The notes: a model not told the origin generated them from the sequence alone. A stretch of DNA of 30,659 nucleotides from Saprospiraceae bacterium (GCA_041631795.1 JBFKJL010000001.1:1-30659), one strand, 5' to 3'. Counted from the first letter of the stretch, positions 1 to 9,254 are shown. Program-made: numbers and translations.

Positions 1-116
1 ATCATGATATTAATGAGCAATGGATAATGGATAATGATTATGAAGCAATCTGTCTCTCGACCATTGGCAGACATAGCCTTGGCGACGTCATACCGCCATC
101 AAAAAATAAAATATAA
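1..116 (+). CDS. Possible 3' end of a CDS entering from the left (unidentified)
   Basis: The frame starting at nt 3 is open to TAA at 114-116 and reads HDINEQWIMDNDYEAICLSTIGRHSLGDVIPPSKNKI*. It looks protein-like and is followed by AT-rich sequence. No family recognised. Confidence 0.3.
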   Translation, partial: HDINEQWIMDNDYEAICLSTIGRHSLGDVIPPSKNKI

Positions 117-212
117 AAACATTCATCATCCTGGCGCACCCTTATTTGGACATCTTCCCTACGTGTATAAAAGCACTCGATTTGTACCTTGTCAAAATGC
201 TTCTTGTAATTT

Positions 213-239
213 ACCCTGAAGGAGAAATCCCTTCAGGGT
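213..239. terminator. Hairpin abutting the tmRNA 3' end (possible terminator or processing stem)
   Basis: ACCCTGAAGG (213-222) pairs with CCTTCAGGGT (230-239). On the minus strand it begins immediately after the tmRNA CCA. There is no clear U-tract on either strand. Confidence 0.4.
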
Positions 240-615
240 TGGTGGAGCCGCCGGGAGTCGAACCCGGGTCCAGACAAAGCACCAATAAGCTTTCTACATG
301 CTTAGTTACCGGTTTATGTTTAGGAGGTGCCCTGGCCCAGTAACAGCCATGAACGCCTCTGATCTCCTAAAGTTTCGCGCACCGGCCGGAACACTCCGGT
401 TTGCTATCCTGAGGGTTTGATGATATGCGTCACAGGTGTGTATCAGGAGTCAACCTGGAGGCATAAAAGCTTTCTAATTCCTTGAATTAGGCAGCTAAAG
501 CGAATCTGTTATCGCCAATTATTGTTTCGATGTCCATTTGTTGACGGAGTGAGAAATCATTGCTCCGGCATGCTTACGTATCGGGAATCTCTCCTGTCGA
601 TACCATTTCAGCCCC
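240..615 (-). ncRNA. ssrA: tmRNA (transfer-messenger RNA)
   Basis: The minus strand starts GGGGCTGAAATGGTATCGACAGG and ends GACCCGGGTTCGACTCCCGGCGGCTCCACCA. The acceptor stem GGGGCTG/CGGCTCC has the G3-U alanine identity pair, the T-loop is GTTCGA and CCA is encoded. Conserved GCATG precedes a CGGAG/CTCCG helix. The tag ORF at 516-487 reads GDNRFALAA*. Confidence 0.97.
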
Positions 616-631
616 ATATTTTCAAAGAACG
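616..631 (-). promoter_or_regulatory. boxA-like element immediately upstream of ssrA
   Basis: The minus strand reads CGTTCTTTGAAAATAT directly before the mature 5' GGGG. It resembles stable-RNA boxA sequences (GTTCTTTGAAAA type). Confidence 0.4.
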
Positions 632-755
632 GTCGAATAATCATAACTCTAAATATTCTGATATTGTTCCCTGATTGAGGAAAATCTTAAGGATAATATA
701 TACGACAAACTTTGAGTAGATACTACAACTAACTTCTGCGGAAAGTAAGACCGCG

Positions 756-1448
756 CTACTCCAGCACATAATCCACCGTGCTCACCACCCTGATGATCTT
801 GTCCGGAAAGAACACTTCGTTCTCATTCGTCCTGTTGCCCGGCAGGATCTGGAAGACTCCCTGGTTTGCTCGCCGGATCACACCGACCCTGGAACTGGAA
901 TTTGCGGCAAATTCCTCGGCGGCGGCTTTGGCTTCACGTGTGGCCTCCGCCAGCATTTCTTTTTTGAGCACCTTGAACTTTGTAAAATAATACTTCGGCC
1001 CAGAAGCCCATTTATCAGACTGGATCAACAAGCCCTTGGCAATCAGCTCCGTTACAGCCTCTGACGCTGACCGAACCTTCTCGATATCATTGGTGGTGAC
1101 ACTGACGCGGACATCGGCATTGAGTCGCGTAGGTGCCCCCTGGTAGTTGTTTTGATAGATATTAATTCCCTCAATGCTGATCTCGTCTTGTGTAAACCCC
1201 TTTTCAGTAAGGAAATTTTTGATCTCGGTTTCAACCTCCCTGATACTGGATTGTATGACGGCCACCGTATTGGCGCCAAACTGGGCGTGAATACTCCACC
1301 AGGCCTTGTCCGCCATGACCTCGCGCTCGGATAATCCCTTGACTGTCACATAATTTGACGTAGGCCTGACTTGCTTCAATCCGAAGGCGAGGATAACACA
1401 TCCCAGGATAAATCCCCCGGCAAGAACAAATGCGGCTTGATTATACAT
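756..1448 (-). CDS. SIMPL domain (DUF541) protein with N-terminal membrane anchor or signal
   Basis: 230 aa with a hydrophobic N-terminus. It carries VTVKGLSEREVMAD, MLAEATREAKAAAEEFA, IRRANQGVFQI and DKIIRVVSTVDY, all typical of SIMPL-family proteins. Confidence 0.88.
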   Translation of the reverse strand: MYNQAAFVLAGGFILGCVILAFGLKQVRPTSNYVTVKGLSEREVMADKAWWSIHAQFGANTVAVIQSSIREVETEIKNFLTEKGFTQDEISIEGINIYQNNYQGAPTRLNADVRVSVTTNDIEKVRSASEAVTELIAKGLLIQSDKWASGPKYYFTKFKVLKKEMLAEATREAKAAAEEFAANSSSRVGVIRRANQGVFQILPGNRTNENEVFFPDKIIRVVSTVDYVLE

Positions 1449-2379
1449 GTCGTTTCAAAAAATTAATGACATTGTTGTAAATACGGTCTTCAATATTATC
1501 ATAAGGATTTTTAACAAAATTCCTGCTTGTCAGCTTTTCATAAAGATCGATGTATTTATGACTCACTGAGTCGATGAAGCTGTCTGGCATCTCGGGCATG
1601 GTTTGTCCCTCAAGTCCCTGGAAGCCCTGGGACATCAGCCACTCCCGGACAAATTCCTTAGACAACTGAACTTGCTGCTCGCCGCTCTCAAGACGTTCGC
1701 GGTAGCCTTCCTGCACATAATATCTTGAGCTGTCAGGCGTGTGGATCTCGTCAATCAGCATGATCTCATCCTTGTACTTTCCAAACTCGTACTTTGTATC
1801 CACGAGGATAAGCCCCCTGTCCCGGGCCATTTTAGTGCCCTGGTAAAACAAGGCCAGGGCAAATCTTTTAAGCTGTTTCCATTCATCGCGCTTGACGATT
1901 TTCTGATCAAGCAAAGCCTCTTCCGAAATATCCTCGTCATGTCCTTCCTCGGCTTTCGTGGCCGGGGTGATGATGGGATTGCTGAAACGCTCTCCTTCCC
2001 GCATCCCATCCGGCATTGTCACACCGCAAAGGGCTCTGCCACCCGCCTTGTATACCCGCCAGGCATGGCCGGCGAGATAACCTCTGACCACAACTTCCAG
2101 TTTAATGGGCCTGGCCTTGTAACCAATCGTGACATTGGGATCAGGTGTGTCAAGCAGCCAGTTGGGAACCAGCGTTTCGCACGCCCGCATGAAATGTGCG
2201 GCAATCTGGTTGAGGACCTGGCCTTTGTATGGTATCGGCTTCGGCAGAATATGATCAAATGCGGAAATACGGTCAGTGGCTATAGAAATGAACAGGTTCC
2301 CAACTGTATAGGTATCCCTGACCTTTCCGCGATAAACACCCGTTTGACCGGGAAATGTATATTGTGTGTCCTTCAACAT
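1441..2379 (-). CDS. purC: Phosphoribosylaminoimidazole-succinocarboxamide (SAICAR) synthase
   Basis: Motifs YRGKVRDTY, TDRISAFD, PIITPATKA, LVDTKYEFG, DEIHTPDSSRY and QLSKEFVR. Start refined to ATG 2379 (MLKDTQYTFPG) rather than 2439. Confidence 0.96.
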   Translation of the reverse strand: MLKDTQYTFPGQTGVYRGKVRDTYTVGNLFISIATDRISAFDHILPKPIPYKGQVLNQIAAHFMRACETLVPNWLLDTPDPNVTIGYKARPIKLEVVVRGYLAGHAWRVYKAGGRALCGVTMPDGMREGERFSNPIITPATKAEEGHDEDISEEALLDQKIVKRDEWKQLKRFALALFYQGTKMARDRGLILVDTKYEFGKYKDEIMLIDEIHTPDSSRYYVQEGYRERLESGEQQVQLSKEFVREWLMSQGFQGLEGQTMPEMPDSFIDSVSHKYIDLYEKLTSRNFVKNPYDNIEDRIYNNVINFLKRHV

Positions 2380-2503
2380 AGTGGTCTGGTTGAGAGCTTC
2401 CTGTGTTGAATACCACAGGAAACCTGAACATAAGCACATTTTACGACATTATACAATGTTACAGGGCAGGAAAACGCCCCAATTCACAAATTTCTTTATG
2501 CTT

Positions 2504-2821
2504 ATGAATTCAATATCCGTCCAAGAACTTAAGAAACGCCTTGATAAAGGTATGGATACACAAATCATAGATGTCCGGGAAGAAGATGAATATGCCTATG
2601 CCAATATTGGTGGTGAATTGATTCCCATGGGTTCTGTGCCACACAATATCGACAGGATCAGCCCCTCACGTTTCGTCGTCATGGTTTGTCATGCCGGGAT
2701 ACGAAGCGCAGCAGTCATCAATTACCTCGAAACCAACCATGACTTCGACAATCTTTACAACCTCGAAGGTGGGATCACGGCATGGGCCCAAAACGTTGAT
2801 CCGACCATGCCTACATATTAA
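2504..2821 (+). CDS. Single-domain rhodanese-like protein
   Basis: Motifs IIDVREEDEY, active-site loop CHAGIRS and YNLEGGITAW. Start refined to ATG 2504 (2498 is possible). The ORF-track extension overlaps purC. Confidence 0.9.
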   Translation: MNSISVQELKKRLDKGMDTQIIDVREEDEYAYANIGGELIPMGSVPHNIDRISPSRFVVMVCHAGIRSAAVINYLETNHDFDNLYNLEGGITAWAQNVDPTMPTY

Positions 2822-2839
2822 TAATTTATTTAATGTGTA

Positions 2840-4297
2840 TTAATTGCGTTTCCAGAAGTATGGAGAAAAGATGACCAGGAGGGTGAAAAGTTCTAGTCGC
2901 CCCAGCAACATGAGCACGATCAGGATCCACTTGCCCGTCACGGGCACCTTGGCAAAATTTTCAGCTGGTCCCAGGTCTGCAATGGCGGGGCCGACATTGC
3001 CCAGCGATGTTGCCACAGCGCCAATGGAAGAGAGGAACGGCTGGTCGAAATCCCTGAAAATGACCATCATAAAAAGGGAACCGGCCACGAAGAGCAGAAG
3101 GTAAAAAAGGAAAAACACAAGAATATGGGTCAGGACCCTGGGAGCCACAATTTCACCATCCACCTTGATCCTGATGATGGCCTTCGGATGCAGAAGCCTT
3201 TTTAATTCCAGGACAGAATTCTTGAACAGGACAAGATGCCGGATAATTTTTATACCCCCGCTCGTTGATCCTGCACAGGCACCGATAAACAGGAGCAGGA
3301 AAAACACAAAGATCAAAAGTGTGCCCCACTGGGTATAATCCGCCGTCACGTAACCCGTGGTTGTCAAAAGGGATATGGTCTGAAAGGCCGCCTCTCTGAA
3401 CGACTGTTCCCATGCTGTATTTCCCGAAATGAGAAGCACAGCTGTCACACTGAGTACAAGAAGGCCGAACAGGGCTGTATATGTTTTAAATTCATCGCTT
3501 CTTATCACACTTTTGAATCGTCCACGTACGGCAAAATACAAGACAGTATAATTGGTTCCTGCAATAAACATGTAAACGATCAGGATATAATGGATGACAG
3601 GGCTTTCAAAATAGGCGATGGATGCGTTTTTCGTTGAAAAGCCCCCTGTAGCCATTGTCGTCAAAGCGTGGTTAAGGGCATCAAAGAAATTCATCCCTGC
3701 CACTGCGAGTACAATAACAAGGGATAAGGTCAGTCCCAGGTAGATGAACCATAGACGTTTAGCCGTTTCCTTGATGCGTGGGTGGATTTTGTCTGAGGTC
3801 GGACCCGGCGCCTCCGCAACAAAGAGCTCAACGCCCCCAATCCCGAGGAGTGGAAAAATGGCTACTGTCAACACGATAATACCCATACCACCAATCCACT
3901 GCGTGAGGCTCCGCCAGAATAAAATGGCTCTGGGGACGCTTTCAATATCCAGGATGACAGTAGCCCCGGTTGTCGTCAGCCCGGAAACACTTTCAAAGAC
4001 AGCCTGGGAAACCGTAGGCAAAACACCGCTGAAATAATAGGGCAAAGCGCTGAACAAAGACACGGCAATCCATCCGCCAGCAACGATGAGGAAGCCTTCT
4101 TTCTTATGAATAGCCCTTGAGGTATTTCTGGTGAGATACCACATGCTACAGCCCGATATACCGGCAAGGAAGGCCGCCCATATAATGGCAGGACGACTGC
4201 CCTCCCCAATCGAGAACGGAAGTGCCAGGAGCATGAAACTGCCCAGGAGCATGATCAGGATGCCGATCACATTGATGACGATGCCCTTGTTTATCAC
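2840..4297 (-). CDS. trkH: Trk potassium uptake membrane subunit TrkH
   Basis: 485 aa polytopic protein with four pore-loop motifs (SGLTTTGAT, TMATGGFS, LLTTTGYV, SLGNVGP), WLGGMG-like WIGGMG and GSTSGGIK. The GTG start overlaps the trkA stop (TAGTG). Confidence 0.95.
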   Translation of the reverse strand: MINKGIVINVIGILIMLLGSFMLLALPFSIGEGSRPAIIWAAFLAGISGCSMWYLTRNTSRAIHKKEGFLIVAGGWIAVSLFSALPYYFSGVLPTVSQAVFESVSGLTTTGATVILDIESVPRAILFWRSLTQWIGGMGIIVLTVAIFPLLGIGGVELFVAEAPGPTSDKIHPRIKETAKRLWFIYLGLTLSLVIVLAVAGMNFFDALNHALTTMATGGFSTKNASIAYFESPVIHYILIVYMFIAGTNYTVLYFAVRGRFKSVIRSDEFKTYTALFGLLVLSVTAVLLISGNTAWEQSFREAAFQTISLLTTTGYVTADYTQWGTLLIFVFFLLLFIGACAGSTSGGIKIIRHLVLFKNSVLELKRLLHPKAIIRIKVDGEIVAPRVLTHILVFFLFYLLLFVAGSLFMMVIFRDFDQPFLSSIGAVATSLGNVGPAIADLGPAENFAKVPVTGKWILIVLMLLGRLELFTLLVIFSPYFWKRN

Positions 4298-5637
4298 TAT
4301 TTGAATATTTTTTCAACTTTCGTTATTGCCTCAGGCAATGCCAGGATGATCACCTTGTCGTTCTTTTCAAATTTAAAATCTTCATCGGGAAAATGGCTTT
4401 CATCGCCGCGTACCACCCCTGCAATGACCGAGGATTTTGGAAACCTGAGATCCCTGATTGAAGTATTGCAGATCCTGGTCCTTTTGTGTACGGTAAACTC
4501 GATGATCTCGGCCTCCACTCCGTGGAGGCTCGCAATAGCCTCAATCTGTCCTTTGCGCACAAAACGGAATATGTTGTTCGCGGCAATCAGTTTCTTATTG
4601 ATGATCGTATCAATGCCGATATTCTGGGAAATATGGGTATAATTGACATTCTCCACGAGGGAGATCGTTTTCATAACGCCCTGATCCTGGGCCATCAGGG
4701 AATTGATGATGTTGCTTTCTGAATTGGGCGTGAGCGCTATGAACGCATCCATTTCCGAAAGGCCTTCTTCCTTGAGGGCCTCTATGTCTCCGCTTTCCAC
4801 ATTGATCACCAGAGCATGCTTGAGCTGACGGACAAACTCCTTGGCGGCATCCTCATCCTCCACCATCACTTTGACATCGTACTTGGTTTCAAGTTCCTGG
4901 GCCGTGCGCAGGGCCAGGTTGGTATCGCCGACGATCATCACATCCCGCACAGATTTGAGTTGGGTTCCTGCAAAAGCACGGGCCGCACCTATAGACTTGC
5001 TATCGACCGAAATATAAAGGTGATCCCCTTCCCGGACCACGGTGTCTTCATCCGGGATGATTGTCGTCTGGCCGCGGAGCAGGGCGATGCCTTTGAGGTG
5101 AAAATCCCCGGTCATCCCGCCGATCTCGCTGAGGGTGCGATTCTTCACGAGACTTTGTGAGTCCACAGTGAAACCGAGTATGGAGATCTTCCCATTTTCA
5201 AACTCAAAGAGATCTGTAAAAGAAGCCCTGTGCAACAACCGGTCAATTTCCAGTGCCGCCAACTTCTGCGGAGAGATCAGGACATCGACTCCCAACTCCT
5301 TATACTTTTGCCTGTTGCTCTCCTCCAGGTGCTCAATATTTGAAATACGGGCCACCGTCCGTTTTGCACCCAACTTTTTCGCAAGGATGGCCGAAAGGAG
5401 ATTCGTATCCTCTGACGCTGTCACAGAGATAAACAACTGCGCCTTATTGATTTTGGCTTCAGACAGGGTTTCAAAATTGGCTGCATCTCCCCTCATGGTC
5501 AGCACATCCAGGTTGCGCCCTATTTGACTGATCCGTTTCTCATCCGTATCGATAACAGTGATGTCCTGATTTTCTTTAGCCAGTAAACTGGCGAGGTGAA
5601 ACCCCACGGCGCCTCCCCCTGCAATGATGATTTTCAT
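4297..5637 (-). CDS. trkA: Trk potassium transporter regulatory subunit TrkA
   Basis: 446 aa with two RCK_N/RCK_C pairs. It starts MKIIIAGGGAVG, has EDTNLLSAILAKKLGAKRTVARI and sits next to trkH. Confidence 0.95.
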   Translation of the reverse strand: MKIIIAGGGAVGFHLASLLAKENQDITVIDTDEKRISQIGRNLDVLTMRGDAANFETLSEAKINKAQLFISVTASEDTNLLSAILAKKLGAKRTVARISNIEHLEESNRQKYKELGVDVLISPQKLAALEIDRLLHRASFTDLFEFENGKISILGFTVDSQSLVKNRTLSEIGGMTGDFHLKGIALLRGQTTIIPDEDTVVREGDHLYISVDSKSIGAARAFAGTQLKSVRDVMIVGDTNLALRTAQELETKYDVKVMVEDEDAAKEFVRQLKHALVINVESGDIEALKEEGLSEMDAFIALTPNSESNIINSLMAQDQGVMKTISLVENVNYTHISQNIGIDTIINKKLIAANNIFRFVRKGQIEAIASLHGVEAEIIEFTVHKRTRICNTSIRDLRFPKSSVIAGVVRGDESHFPDEDFKFEKNDKVIILALPEAITKVEKIFK

Positions 5638-5644
5638 ATCACTT

Positions 5645-5652
5645 CAAAGATA
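5645..5652 (-). promoter_or_regulatory. Possible Bacteroidota -7 promoter element for trkAH
   Basis: TATCTTTG on the minus strand matches TAnnTTTG and ends 7 nt upstream of the trkA ATG. No clear -33 TTTG. Confidence 0.3.
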
Positions 5653-5774
5653 TTAATTTGATGTTTGGGATCTCCATTCCGGTTGGGCAAGACGGCTCTA
5701 AATAATGATCTTTCACAACCCGGAAAATACGCGTCAAATGTACGCTACTTCCCCTAATAAAGGATCAAAATGAC

Positions 5775-6791
5775 TTATTGAATGATATTGACTTCCGGCT
5801 CCAGGTCAATATCGTAGATCTCGAGAATATTTCTTCTTATGGAATTTGCCAGGGCCAGGATATCCGCCCCTGACCCGCCACCATAGTTCACCAGGACGAG
5901 CGCCTGGTTCCTGTGAACCCCGACGTGGCCTTCCCTGTACCCCTTCCATCCGGCCTTGTCGATCAGCCATCCCGCCGGGATTTTGACCTGATCATTGCCA
6001 GCCGGGTACGACGGCAACTCGGGAAACGATGTCAGAAGTTTATTAAAATGGGATTGCGGTACGATGGGGTTTTTAAAAAAACTGCCCGCATTGCCGAGCT
6101 TCGCAGGGTCTGGTAATTTGGACTGCCGCACAGCAATGACAGCATCAGCGATATCCCCGATTGACGGATCGGTAACGCCCATGTCCTCAAGTTCTTTCTC
6201 AAGCGCCCAGTAATCTGAACTGATCGCATGATGCCCGGGTTTTGTCAGTCTCAGCACCACCCCCGTTATGATATACCTGCCCTTCCAGGGTCCTTTAAAG
6301 TGGCTATACCTGTAGTCAAACCCACATTCAAGGCGGTGAAAATTCACCTGGCAGTCAGTCTTTGTATCATAGGCATATACGCAATGCAGGACATCCGAGA
6401 GTTCTTTGCCGTAAGCGCCGATATTCTGAATAGGCGCAGCACCGACAGTGCCTGGGATCAGGGCGAGGTTTTCAATGCCTCCAAAATCTTCATTTACTGC
6501 CCAGAGCACAATATCATGCCAATTCTCCCCACCACCGATATGGACAAGGACATCGCTATCATTGTCTTTGACGATGGTCCTGCCCCTGACGGCATTGATG
6601 AGGATCAATTCGTCAAGATCCCTGGTTATAAGCATGTTACTCCCCGCCCCCATGACGATATAGTCATCATTGAGCGTGTGCGCCAGATGATGAAGATCAT
6701 TCACGGATGAAAACCATACCATCGTCCTTGCTTTGTGCGCAATGTGGAAGGTATTATAAGGTGCCAGGTCAATATTGTTTTGGACGACCAT
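5775..6791 (-). CDS. murB: UDP-N-acetylenolpyruvoylglucosamine reductase
   Basis: Motifs GAGSN, IPGTVGAAPIQNIGAYG, GNAGSFFKNP, QALVLVNYG and LEPEVNII. Confidence 0.97.
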   Translation of the reverse strand: MVVQNNIDLAPYNTFHIAHKARTMVWFSSVNDLHHLAHTLNDDYIVMGAGSNMLITRDLDELILINAVRGRTIVKDNDSDVLVHIGGGENWHDIVLWAVNEDFGGIENLALIPGTVGAAPIQNIGAYGKELSDVLHCVYAYDTKTDCQVNFHRLECGFDYRYSHFKGPWKGRYIITGVVLRLTKPGHHAISSDYWALEKELEDMGVTDPSIGDIADAVIAVRQSKLPDPAKLGNAGSFFKNPIVPQSHFNKLLTSFPELPSYPAGNDQVKIPAGWLIDKAGWKGYREGHVGVHRNQALVLVNYGGGSGADILALANSIRRNILEIYDIDLEPEVNIIQ

Positions 6792-7411
6792 TATAACTCA
6801 CTCGCGGGATCGGATATACGTTTGAGCATCGGCGCATTAAAGTCATACTGCAATCCAATATGGAAATTATTGGCCTCAAGATCAGGATTAAAGCCATACC
6901 TGACAAAACCATGGACTGTAAAGCCTGAAAGACCGAAGCCATACCCGGCCTGGATCACATAGGTCTTGAAGTATTCCCGGACCACACCCTGCTCTTCATA
7001 GCTGTTCTTCAATCCAAACAGTTCAGTCCTGTTGTACTGCACACCCCCTCCAATGGACAGGCCAAAACGCCCTTCGCGGTTGAGGCCAGAAAGGCCGGCA
7101 AAATTCATTTTGGCCATGATCGGGAATGAAACGGCTCCGACACCCTTGAAATCCTTCAATGCAATACCAAGGGGGGCTATGACAGCCTGCGACTCGATGG
7201 ATAGCGAAACGTTTTCCCCACCTATCCATATTTTTGGTCCCAAACCGACATTGAGCAAAAAACTTCCGTTGCCCCCGTAGGCAATGTCATCATCTGGATT
7301 GGACAGTCGCTGGTAAAGGTCATTGGTCACTGTAGCCCCGATCCCAAACTGACCATGCCCAATCACGGAGCTCAAAAGAAAAAATATGAGAACTGTAATA
7401 TTCCGGATCAT
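6791..7411 (-). CDS. Hypothetical exported protein, probable small outer-membrane beta-barrel
   Basis: Signal peptide MIRNITVLIFFLLSSVIGHG/Q, followed by alternating Gly/aromatic amphipathic strands (LNVGLGPKIW, FGLSIGGGVQY, VIQAGYGFG, FHIGLQYDF). The stop overlaps the murB start (TAATG). Start refined from 7432 to 7411. Confidence 0.6.
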   Translation of the reverse strand: MIRNITVLIFFLLSSVIGHGQFGIGATVTNDLYQRLSNPDDDIAYGGNGSFLLNVGLGPKIWIGGENVSLSIESQAVIAPLGIALKDFKGVGAVSFPIMAKMNFAGLSGLNREGRFGLSIGGGVQYNRTELFGLKNSYEEQGVVREYFKTYVIQAGYGFGLSGFTVHGFVRYGFNPDLEANNFHIGLQYDFNAPMLKRISDPASEL

Positions 7412-7457
7412 GCTTTTATGTATTTTTTCCATTTCTTAACGGTTAAATCTTCCCATT

Positions 7458-9254
7458 TCATACTTCAAACTGGAGTTTTGCCAACTGGCTATAGACGCCA
7501 TCATCTTTCCGAGACAGAATTTCATGCGTCCCCTGTTCCACAATTTCACCATTTTCGAGGACATAGATACAATCAACTTCCTTGATGGTGGCAAGACGGT
7601 GAGCAATGATAAGGGAAGTCCTTCCTTTCATGAGGTAGTTCAATGCATCCTGGACCACTTTTTCTGATTCAGCGTCCAGGGACGAGGTCGCCTCATCGAG
7701 GATCAGAATGAGAGGGTCTTTCAGAATCGCCCTTGCAATGGCAACACGCTGTCTTTGGCCACCAGATAATTTAATGCCCCGCTCCCCAACAATCGTATTA
7801 AAACCATCCGGAAACTTTTCAATAAAATCCAGTGAATGGGAATATTCAGCGGCCTTCAGAATATCCTCTTCCGAGGCATCCGGCCGGCCATAAAGGATGT
7901 TCTCCCGGATTGTTCCTCCAAAAAGCAGAACCTCCTGGGGTACAACAGCAATCTTTTTTCTCAATTCGGTCAGGTCATATGCATCGAGATCATTGCCATC
8001 AAGGAGGATCCTCCCTTTTTGGGGATCATAAAAATGCAATAACAATTGCGCGATGGTCGACTTGCCGGCTCCACTCTGACCGACAAGAGCCACTTTTTGT
8101 CCGTTTTCAATCTCAAGTTTCACACCTTTCAATACAGCAATGTCAGGGCGTGTTGGGTAGCTAAAATGGACATTTTCGAACACAATATCCCCTTTCACAC
8201 CGTCCAGCCTCTTTCCATCTATCCTCTCTGGGTCAACCTCCACTTCATTATCGAGGATGTCCTGGATCCGTTCTGTGGCGCCGACAGCGCCAGCAATCGA
8301 TGTGTAGAGGTTTCCAAATGAAGCGATGGCGCCTCCGATCACCATTGTGTAGATGACAAAGGAAAACAGGGATCCGGCTTCCATATGGCCTTGTTGTACC
8401 AAAACAGCCCCCTGCCAGAGAATGAAGAGCAGGCCACCGAAAATCAGGGTAATGATAAAAGCAAAAAAAACACCCCTGATCCTGGCATACCGCAAAGAAA
8501 TGCCAACCACCTTCTGGATGATGTCTCCATATCTGGAGAGTTCATAAAGCTCATTGGTGAATGATTTGACGACGCTGAAATTCTGGAAGGTTTCTTCAAC
8601 CACGACATTGGCATCTGCCAGGGCCTTTTGTCTTTTTTTCGAGATCCGGCGGATATACCTCCCGAAAACTACTGCGAGAATGATCACAGCAGGAAAAGTC
8701 ATCAGCATGATGATGGACAACTTCGGCGTGAGCCATGCCAGGATGACAATGCCACTCACCAGGACAACGATCTGTCTCAGGAATTCGGCAAGAGTAATGG
8801 ATAGAGCCCCTTGCAGTTGTTCCACATCGGCAGTTATCCTGCTTGTCAGTTCACCCACCCGGTTCTCTTCGAAAAAAACAATTGGCTGCGTGATCAACTT
8901 TTTATACAGGTCCTTACGGATATCTGCCATGCCTTTCTCGCTGACAACGGCAAATAAAATGGTTCTCAATAAAGAGATCCCGGCCTGAATGATCACCAGG
9001 ACCATCAGGAAGATCCCCATCTGTGTAAGGTCCGGTTTAAAACTGAAAGGATAACTTTTTCCCTCTCCAATAGCGATATTGACCAGTTCACCGGCAACAC
9101 CGGGAATGAGCATAAAGATCAGGCTGCCTAGAATGAGAAGGACCATACCCCCAGCAAAGTACCACCTGTAAGGGCGCACATATTTCAGCACTTTTGAGGC
9201 ACGTTTGATGCCTTCAAATCCAATTTTTCCGGTCTTTTCGTTTGATGCCCTCAT
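7458..9254 (-). CDS. ABC exporter, fused permease and ATPase (MsbA-related, ABCB8/10-like)
   Basis: Six-TM N-terminal half, Walker A GQSGAGKS, Q-loop VPQE, signature LSGGQ, ILDEATSSLD and AHR. Probable start is ATG 9254 (track 9281). Confidence 0.92.
   Translation of the reverse strand: MRASNEKTGKIGFEGIKRASKVLKYVRPYRWYFAGGMVLLILGSLIFMLIPGVAGELVNIAIGEGKSYPFSFKPDLTQMGIFLMVLVIIQAGISLLRTILFAVVSEKGMADIRKDLYKKLITQPIVFFEENRVGELTSRITADVEQLQGALSITLAEFLRQIVVLVSGIVILAWLTPKLSIIMLMTFPAVIILAVVFGRYIRRISKKRQKALADANVVVEETFQNFSVVKSFTNELYELSRYGDIIQKVVGISLRYARIRGVFFAFIITLIFGGLLFILWQGAVLVQQGHMEAGSLFSFVIYTMVIGGAIASFGNLYTSIAGAVGATERIQDILDNEVEVDPERIDGKRLDGVKGDIVFENVHFSYPTRPDIAVLKGVKLEIENGQKVALVGQSGAGKSTIAQLLLHFYDPQKGRILLDGNDLDAYDLTELRKKIAVVPQEVLLFGGTIRENILYGRPDASEEDILKAAEYSHSLDFIEKFPDGFNTIVGERGIKLSGGQRQRVAIARAILKDPLILILDEATSSLDAESEKVVQDALNYLMKGRTSLIIAHRLATIKEVDCIYVLENGEIVEQGTHEILSRKDDGVYSQLAKLQFEV

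Noticed and set aside
1-239. Integrated element at the tmRNA 3' end (ssrA is a common attB site)
   Set aside because: No integrase, no duplicate of the ssrA 3' end and no compositional break were seen. Only 239 nt of flank is visible, so it cannot be fully excluded.
34-343. ORF-track ORFs 34..219 and 146..343
   Set aside because: Short and without family features. The second is antisense to the tmRNA T-arm, and PPGVEPGS is simply the reverse-complement reading of it.
1741-2409. 222-aa plus-strand ORF
   Set aside because: Antisense shadow of purC with no recognisable motifs.
2366-2503. Apparent N-terminal extension of the rhodanese
   Set aside because: It overlaps purC head-to-head and the domain begins at MNSISV. 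Similar over-extended starts were trimmed for purC, DUF1572, the TPR gene, miaB, accC, fabH and Trx-SPOR.
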